DNA of 32,000 nt from the NCBI GenBank assembly GCA_016871995.1, contig VHBL01000002.1, positions 120,001 to 152,000 on the forward strand, given 5' to 3'. The notes under the pieces were generated by a model. The model did not search any database and was not told where the DNA came from. It was given only the letters and a program-made list of their open reading frames with translations. Below, piece by piece: positions 25,713 to 32,000 of the stretch (positions are counted from its first letter, which is position 1; each line of letters opens with the position of its first letter). Made by a program: the position numbers and the translations under genes. The stretch is from Nitrososphaerota archaeon (GTDB lineage Archaea > Thermoproteota > Nitrososphaeria > Nitrososphaerales > UBA57).

Positions 25713-26428
25713 GCCACGGGAGGTGCAGGAATCTTTTCCTGCTCGACCTGTCCGTCCCTGATGAATATGATCCTGTCAGTCTCGTTTGCAATCTCAAGGT
25801 TATGCGTTATGATGATTATCGTCTTTCCAGTTTCCTTGTTAAGTTTCTTCATCAACTCCACTATCGCTCGGGTATTCTTCGTATCCAAGTTTCCCGTAGG
25901 TTCATCACCCAAGAGTATTGCAGGGTCTGTAACCAGCGCTCTGGCAACAGCGACCCTTTGCTGCTCTCCCCCGCTCATTTCCGAGGGCCTGTGACGCATC
26001 CTCGCTCTGAGGCCAACAAGTTCGAGCATCTTTATTGCCCTTCTCCTCCTTTCATCACTTGATACGCCTCTTATCGCAAGAGGGAGTTCAACATTCTGCA
26101 GGGCGTTCAGCCTTGAAATCAAATTAAAAGATTGGAAGATGAAACCTATCTTCTTGTTCCTCAGCTCTGCGAGCTTTGCACCGCTCAGGGTAGTCATGTC
26201 AATTCCGTCTATGAAGAGCTTTCCACTGGTAGGTATGTCCAGAGCGCCAAGCATGTTCAGCAATGTTGACTTTCCGCTGCCAGAAGGGCCTACTATTGCA
26301 ACGAACTCTCCTTGGTAAACCTTCATGCTCAGACCGTCTAGGGCCGTAGTTGCCACGCCTTCGCCAGAATATATCTTGACTAGATTCTTAGCCTCAACCA
26401 CGGCCCTCCTGTTGTTTGGCGCTGCCAT
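25709..26428 (-). CDS. ABC transporter ATP-binding protein (MacB/LolD/FtsE-like subfamily)
   Basis: Walker A is GPSGSGKST. The Q-loop is present. The signature is MSGGEQQRVAVARAL. Walker B is ILLGDEPTGNLD. The H-loop is ITHN. No permease gene is adjacent. Confidence 0.9.
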   Translation of the reverse strand: MAAPNNRRAVVEAKNLVKIYSGEGVATTALDGLSMKVYQGEFVAIVGPSGSGKSTLLNMLGALDIPTSGKLFIDGIDMTTLSGAKLAELRNKKIGFIFQSFNLISRLNALQNVELPLAIRGVSSDERRRRAIKMLELVGLRARMRHRPSEMSGGEQQRVAVARALVTDPAILLGDEPTGNLDTKNTRAIVELMKKLNKETGKTIIIITHNLEIANETDRIIFIRDGQVEQEKIPAPPVA

Positions 26429-26524
26429 CAGGAGATTCTGGAATCGAGACTGATATAGACCTTTTTCAAGCAGGATTCAGCTCAAGGAACCAATATTAAG
26501 AGCACGAGTGGAGATGGATGGTAG

Positions 26525-29248
26525 TTGAAGGAAAAGGACATTCTGCGGGAGAAGTTCTCCTCGGATCCGAAAAAGTACTACGAGGTCGAGCTCTTCAGGA
26601 GCAAGGGCTTCGAAAGGAAGCAGTGCACCTCCTGCGGAAGGTTCTTCTGGACGTTGGACCAGAATAGAAAGGTCTGTGCGGAGCAGCCCTGCCAGCAGTA
26701 TGAGTTCATAGGAAACCCCCCAACATCCAAGAGGTATGATTACATAGAAACTTGGAAGCAGGTTGAAAATTTCTTTGTCAAGAAGGGCCATGCAAGCGTT
26801 GCAAGGTACCCAGTAGTATGCAGATGGAGGCCTGATTTGTTCTTTACCGTTGCATCTATAGTAGATTTTCAGAGGATTGATGGAGGGAGGGTAACGTTCC
26901 AGCTGCCAGAAAATCCGCTGATTGTGCCCCAAATGTGCTTAAGGTTTAACGACATTACCAACGTTGGTGTGAGCGGAAAGCACTTCACGTCCTTCTGCAT
27001 GATAGGCCAGCATTCTATTGCTGATGAAAGAGGATACTGGAAAGACAGGTGCGTCGAACTCGATTATGAATTGCTAACTGGACCATTCGGGATTCCTGCA
27101 AAAGAGATAGTCTGGATGGAGGATGTCTGGCTTGGGTATGGAGCCTTTGGATACGCCCTCGAATACCATGTCAGGGGAATAGAATTGGGCAACGCTGTGT
27201 TTACGGAATTTGAGGGTTCCCCGAGCGATAATCGGACGATGAGCAACAAGGTCATAGACATGGGTGCCGGCCTTGAAAGGTTCAACTGGATAACTCAAGG
27301 AACGCCTACAGCTTACGACTGTGTCTTCGGGCCTGTAGTTAGTCAACTGGTTGAAAAGTGCGGAGTAGAGTATGATCACCGTCTATTCAGCCAGTATTCG
27401 AAAATTGCTGGCATGTTAAACCTTGACGAGGTTTCAGACTTGTCATCAGCAAAGAAACAGGTTGCAGCAAAACTTGGAATTACCCAGGAAGTTCTCGAGC
27501 AGAAGATAGGGCATTTACAGGCTCTGTATGCAATAGCTGACCATTTAAGAAGCTTGGTATTTGCAATCTCAGATGGAGGACTGCCCAGCAATGTGGGAGG
27601 GGGGTATAACCTCAGAGTAATATTAAGGAGGGCTCTGGGCTTCATCAAAAAGTACGGATGGGATCTAAAGCTTGAGGAGATTGCCGACTGGCATATTAAC
27701 TATCTCAAACCTCTCTATCCAGAGCTAGAAGAGCATAGAGACGATGTTGCAACTATTCTAAGGGTTGAGGAGAGAAGATATGCCAATGCAGAAGAAAGGA
27801 CTTCGAAGATAGTCGAAACTCTGAAATCATCAAACAAGGCAGTAACCGAAGAAGACCTGATAAAACTCTACGATTCAGAAGGCATAACGCCCGAACTGCT
27901 CAAGGAGAAAGGACTTCCAATTACCATTCCTGACGATTTCTATGTCAAGGTAACTGAAAGACACATGGTGCAGAAGCCAGAGGAGGAGAAGGCCAAATTT
28001 AGCACTGACGGTCTGCTTCCTACAAGGCTGATTTACTACGAAGACGGAAAACAGGACACGCAGGAGTTTGAAGCCAAGGTTCTCCGCATATTTGATGGAA
28101 AATATGTAGTTCTGAACCAGACGGCAATGTTTGCTAGGGCAGGGGGGCAGGAGCCTGACCACGGAACGTTAAACGGATGCGAAGTTATTGATGTCAGCAA
28201 ATACGGAGACATTGCAATTCACACAGTAAAGAACTGCAACTTTAAGGAAGGTGAAACTGTCAAAGGTAAGGTTGACTGGCATAGGAGAAGCACCATAATG
28301 AGGCATCATACCGCTACCCATATAGTAAATGGAGCGGCTCAGAAGTATCTTGGCTCTTGGGTCTGGCAGCACGGAGCATTCAAGGACATAGACAAGGCAA
28401 GGCTAGACATCACTCATTTTGAGCATCTCAGCGACAAGCAGGTTGAAGATATAGAGAAACTTGCCAATACGGCAGTCCAGATGAATTTACCTGTCATCAA
28501 AGAGGTTCTTCCAAGAAGGGATGCAGAGAAGAGATACGGCTTCCGAATATATCAAGGCGGGATAGCCCCGGGAAACAACGTCCGAATAATCAACATCAAG
28601 GACTGGGACATTGAGGCATGTGGCGGCACTCATGCCGAGAATACGGGGATTATTGGTCCAATCAAGATAACTAAGGCAGAAAGAGTGCAAGATGGAACAG
28701 AGAGGCTTGAATATGTTGCTGGAGAGGTTGCAGTTGAATACGTGCAAAAGCAGGCTAGGCTGCTTTCAAGTATTTCGCAGAGTTTGGGTGCACAGCCTGA
28801 AAGGCTAGTCGAAGCGATCAGCAACCTTAAAGAGCAGTACGAGGAATTAAGGAAGAAACAGAAAAGCCTTACAAAAAAGACGGCTTCACTTTTAGTAGAT
28901 AGAATCCCTGCATCTGCAGAGAAGATCGGAGGGACCTTGGTTTATGTGAGTTCAGAGGAGGGGATGGAGGACGACTTCTATGTTGCTGCAGGGGAAGAGG
29001 CGATATCCAAGTTCCCTAACCTTGTGTACCTTGGAGTTGCTAGTATTGATAAGGCAAGGCTATTCGTCTTCTGCGGTAAAGAAGCTCGGAATCGTGGAAT
29101 AAAGGCTGGAGATCTAGTAAGAACGCTTGCAAAGACCTTTGGTGGCTCTGGCGGAGGGGATGCGAGGTTTGCTCAGGGCGGAGGTTCGAAACAGGCAGAT
29201 GTGCAGGCCATAAGAAGGGAAGCCGTAGAATTTGTAAAGAAAGTGTAG
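26525..29248 (+). CDS. alaS: alanyl-tRNA synthetase (archaeal type)
   Basis: The N-terminus is ...GFERKQCTSCGRFFWT. The class-II core is present. The editing-domain motifs are HTATH and CGGTH. The product is 907 aa. The start is TTG 26525, because TAG immediately precedes it in frame. Confidence 0.95.
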   Translation: MKEKDILREKFSSDPKKYYEVELFRSKGFERKQCTSCGRFFWTLDQNRKVCAEQPCQQYEFIGNPPTSKRYDYIETWKQVENFFVKKGHASVARYPVVCRWRPDLFFTVASIVDFQRIDGGRVTFQLPENPLIVPQMCLRFNDITNVGVSGKHFTSFCMIGQHSIADERGYWKDRCVELDYELLTGPFGIPAKEIVWMEDVWLGYGAFGYALEYHVRGIELGNAVFTEFEGSPSDNRTMSNKVIDMGAGLERFNWITQGTPTAYDCVFGPVVSQLVEKCGVEYDHRLFSQYSKIAGMLNLDEVSDLSSAKKQVAAKLGITQEVLEQKIGHLQALYAIADHLRSLVFAISDGGLPSNVGGGYNLRVILRRALGFIKKYGWDLKLEEIADWHINYLKPLYPELEEHRDDVATILRVEERRYANAEERTSKIVETLKSSNKAVTEEDLIKLYDSEGITPELLKEKGLPITIPDDFYVKVTERHMVQKPEEEKAKFSTDGLLPTRLIYYEDGKQDTQEFEAKVLRIFDGKYVVLNQTAMFARAGGQEPDHGTLNGCEVIDVSKYGDIAIHTVKNCNFKEGETVKGKVDWHRRSTIMRHHTATHIVNGAAQKYLGSWVWQHGAFKDIDKARLDITHFEHLSDKQVEDIEKLANTAVQMNLPVIKEVLPRRDAEKRYGFRIYQGGIAPGNNVRIINIKDWDIEACGGTHAENTGIIGPIKITKAERVQDGTERLEYVAGEVAVEYVQKQARLLSSISQSLGAQPERLVEAISNLKEQYEELRKKQKSLTKKTASLLVDRIPASAEKIGGTLVYVSSEEGMEDDFYVAAGEEAISKFPNLVYLGVASIDKARLFVFCGKEARNRGIKAGDLVRTLAKTFGGSGGGDARFAQGGGSKQADVQAIRREAVEFVKKV

Positions 29249-29257
29249 AGATCAGCC

Positions 29258-32000
29258 TTGCCGATAAATTGGGATTCGATTCAGGACAAATGGAGAAGGC
29301 GATGGTCAGACGCTAAGATTTTCGAAGCAAATCCAGATCCTGCTAAGAAAAAATTCTATATTACAGTTGCTTACCCATACCCAAATTCTCCTCAGCATAT
29401 AGGGCATGGAAGGACGTACACTCTAACAGATGTCTACGCCAGATACAAGAGGATGCAGGGCTTCAACGTGCTGCTGCCTATGGCATTTCATTACACGGGG
29501 ACGCCAATACTTGCGATGTCGAGGAGGATATCAGAAGGAGACCCAGAACTTATAGATACGTTCAGAGAGATTTATGGAGTTTCTGATGATGACATAAAGA
29601 AGCTCGGAGAGCCTATCAACATAGCAAGGTACTTCCATCAAGAAATCAAGAACGGGATGATCGAGATAGGATATTCGATGGACTGGCGGAGAGAATTTAC
29701 CACTATTGACCCACAATACAGCAAATTTATCGAGTGGCAGTTCCACAAACTTGCAGAGAAAGGGTACATTACAAGAGGGAGCCATCCTGTAGGCTGGTGC
29801 CCGAAAGACGGAAATCCCGTTGGCCAGCACGACACTGTTGGCGATGTGGAACCTGAAATCGGGGAGTACACCCTTGTAAAGTTCGACCTTGATGGCTATA
29901 TCATACCCACTGCGACATTAAGACCAGAGACTGTCTTTGGAATCACAAATGTATGGATCAACCCAGATGCGAAATACGTTAAGGCAAAACTAGGTAATGA
30001 AAAATGGGTTATTGGTATGGATGCGATACCCAATCTCGAAATTCTTGGTAGCAAGATCACAATAGAGTCGGAGCATACAGGCAGTGAGTTCATCGGCAAA
30101 TATCTTGTAAACAGGTTTACAGGCGTGAAAACTGTTATTCTGCCTGCAAAGTTCGTCGACCCGAAGAACGGGACAGGGATCGTGATGTCAGTCCCCGCTC
30201 ATGCCCCATACGACTTTCAAGCGCTAGAAGACCTGAAAAAGGATTACAAGTTCCAAGACATGCTCAAGAGCATAAACTCTATCGTGATAATCTCTTCCGA
30301 GAAGTATTCTGGTATACCTGCAGCGGAAATAATCAAGGAGATGGGCATTCAGAGACAAGACGATTCTAAACTGGAGGAAGCTACCCAGCAGCTATACACT
30401 TATGAATTCAGCCTTGGCAAGATGCTCCCGAATACCAGAGAATATGCAGGCCTAGGCGTGCGGGAAACAAGGGATAAGGTCAAAGCGGAGATGCTGAAGA
30501 CTGGCAAGGGAACGACTCTCTACACCATAATGAACAGGCCTGTAATCTGCAGGTGCGGAACTGAATGCAAGGTCAAGATTTTCGAGAATCAATGGTTCAT
30601 CAACTACGGCGATTCGAAGTGGAAGGAAACTGCAAGAGAATGTCTTGCTTCAATGGCCTTCCTGCCAGAAGACATAAGGCCCGAATTTCAGTACACTGTG
30701 GGATGGTTAAGAGAGAAGGCTTGTGCAAGGAAGTCTGGGATGGGTACTAAACTTCCATTCGATAAGGAATGGATCATAGAAAGTCTTTCAGACTCGGTAA
30801 TCTACATGGCCTATTACACAATAGCAAGACTCCTGAACCGAAACAAGATAGCTGCAGAACAATTGACAGACGAATTCTTCGACTATGTTTTTCTTGGCCA
30901 GGGTGATGCTGGAAAAGTTTCAGGAACGACAAAAATAGAAAGAAATGTTATAGAAGAAACTAGGAAAGAGTTTCTGTACTTCTATCCTCTTGACAGCAGG
31001 CACTCTGGCAGGGATTTGGTGCCTAATCATCTGACCTTCTTCATCTTCAACCATTGCGCAATATTTCCTAGGGAGCTTTGGCCCAAGCAGATAGTCGTCA
31101 ACGGGTCAATGCTGATGGAGGGGAAGAAGATGTCGAAATCCTTTGGGAATATCATCCCGTTAAGGCAGGCAATAAGATCGTATGGAGCGGACCCTCTAAG
31201 AGTTTCGATAATGGCTACTGCTGAATTGCTGCAGGACGCGGATTTTGGCAGAGACCTTATCAGAACCTTTACAGAAAGATTGAACAGGTTCTATTCTGTT
31301 ACACAGGAGGTTTCGCAGGCGTCAGATATTGAAAAATCGAAACTCTCTGTTGCAGACAAGTGGCTGCTGAGCAGAATCCAGAGGACGATAGCGCTCGCGA
31401 CGGAAGCCATGGAGAAGCTAAGGGTCAGAGAAGCTCTACACCATATAGTCTACATACTGGATCAGGATATTGCATGGTACCTTAAGAGAACTGCCAGCCC
31501 AGAAAGCGTGAAGGATTCTGTGCTGAAGTACGTCGTTCAGGCGAGGGTTAGGATGCTCGCACCGTTTGTGCCATATATCTGCGAAGAAGTATGGGAAATG
31601 CTGGGCAACAGGGATTTCATTGCTACATCTCCGTGGCCTAAAGTTGATGATACGCTATCAGATACGGTTGCTGAAGAAGCTGAAAGTCTGGTCAAGAATG
31701 TCTTGGATGACGTGCAGAACATACTGAAAGTTACCAAGATGAGTCCGAAGAAAGCGATCCTCTATACGAGCTCGAAATGGAAGTGGCAGGCTTATCTGAC
31801 AGCGATTGAGTTAGGAGAGAAAGGAGAATTAAATGTTGGAGCTTTGATCAAAACTCTGCTGAAGGACGAATCGCTGAAGAAAAAGGCGAAAGAAGTATCA
31901 GGGTTCTCCCAGATCCTGGTTGAAGAAGTTTCTATAATGGCTGCTGGCATGAAGAGCAGAAGGAAGGAACTGGGCTCTTTAGATGAAAAACCAGTCCTCC
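29258..32000 (+). CDS. leuS: leucyl-tRNA synthetase, N-terminal about 914 aa (3' end lies outside the window)
   Basis: The ORF track omits it because it has no stop inside the window. The frame is open from the alaS stop (29246-29248) to the window edge. The N-terminus is (TTG)PINWDSIQDKWRRRWSDAKIFEA...KKFYITVAYPYPNSPQHIGHGRTY, with HIGH at 29396-29407. KMSKS (GKKMSKSFGN) lies at 31127-31141. Confidence 0.9.
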   Translation, partial: MPINWDSIQDKWRRRWSDAKIFEANPDPAKKKFYITVAYPYPNSPQHIGHGRTYTLTDVYARYKRMQGFNVLLPMAFHYTGTPILAMSRRISEGDPELIDTFREIYGVSDDDIKKLGEPINIARYFHQEIKNGMIEIGYSMDWRREFTTIDPQYSKFIEWQFHKLAEKGYITRGSHPVGWCPKDGNPVGQHDTVGDVEPEIGEYTLVKFDLDGYIIPTATLRPETVFGITNVWINPDAKYVKAKLGNEKWVIGMDAIPNLEILGSKITIESEHTGSEFIGKYLVNRFTGVKTVILPAKFVDPKNGTGIVMSVPAHAPYDFQALEDLKKDYKFQDMLKSINSIVIISSEKYSGIPAAEIIKEMGIQRQDDSKLEEATQQLYTYEFSLGKMLPNTREYAGLGVRETRDKVKAEMLKTGKGTTLYTIMNRPVICRCGTECKVKIFENQWFINYGDSKWKETARECLASMAFLPEDIRPEFQYTVGWLREKACARKSGMGTKLPFDKEWIIESLSDSVIYMAYYTIARLLNRNKIAAEQLTDEFFDYVFLGQGDAGKVSGTTKIERNVIEETRKEFLYFYPLDSRHSGRDLVPNHLTFFIFNHCAIFPRELWPKQIVVNGSMLMEGKKMSKSFGNIIPLRQAIRSYGADPLRVSIMATAELLQDADFGRDLIRTFTERLNRFYSVTQEVSQASDIEKSKLSVADKWLLSRIQRTIALATEAMEKLRVREALHHIVYILDQDIAWYLKRTASPESVKDSVLKYVVQARVRMLAPFVPYICEEVWEMLGNRDFIATSPWPKVDDTLSDTVAEEAESLVKNVLDDVQNILKVTKMSPKKAILYTSSKWKWQAYLTAIELGEKGELNVGALIKTLLKDESLKKKAKEVSGFSQILVEEVSIMAAGMKSRRKELGSLDEKPVL

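Noticed and set aside
29180-29195. GGTTCGAAA, a T-loop-like string suggesting a tRNA
   Set aside because: It lies inside the alaS coding frame (…GGGSKQ…). No acceptor or anticodon stems can be drawn around it. I found no other tRNA-like cloverleaf in any intergenic region.
104-31737. Numerous 60-146-aa ORFs antisense to or out of frame with the large genes (for example 604..1020, 2203..2592, 9076..9354, 21236..21655, 25100..25540, 26477..26932, 29531..30099, 30565..30750)
   Set aside because: Each lies wholly inside a longer ORF that has clear family motifs. Their products are low-complexity or Ser/Cys/Leu-rich with no recognisable motifs.

Overview
The window is archaeal chromosomal DNA. 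It carries FEN1, aEF-2, SRP54, Pus10 and archaeal-type Ile-, Ala- and Leu-tRNA synthetases. The lineage may be TACK/Thaumarchaeota-like, but I cannot verify that here. GC is roughly 40-47% in hand-counted samples. I call about 25 protein-coding genes and found no rRNA, tRNA or CRISPR array. Many genes have a TATA-like box centred about 26 nt upstream of the start codon (leaderless style), and at least five housekeeping genes start with TTG. Main observations: (1) The aEF-2 gene is interrupted inside its P-loop codons by 28 nt. These fold into a bulge-helix-bulge (BHB) motif, and the canonical cleavage positions rejoin the frame as ...AHVDHGKTTMSDSLL.... This is a candidate archaeal mRNA intron in an essential translation factor. 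(2) A tightly coupled operon encodes a ThrC-family PLP enzyme, a CysO/MoaD-like beta-grasp protein ending in -GG, and an E1-like adenylyltransferase with an unassigned C-terminal domain of about 120 aa. (3) A tyrosine integrase and a triple CCHC (UBZ4-like) zinc-finger gene abut the aEF-2 stop codon. They are flanked by a 10-bp direct repeat, and a third att-like copy (11/12 match) lies 5.5 kb away, which suggests a tandem or decaying island at 14.9-20.4 kb. (4) Inside that putative island, a membrane-anchored PQQ-type beta-propeller gene is frameshifted, and a hypothetical gene carries a perfect 26-bp tandem duplication that changes its C-terminus. (5) A 1524-aa S8 protease has two tandem 93-aa Ig-like repeats and a C-terminal anchor. 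The remaining genes are ordinary housekeeping genes.
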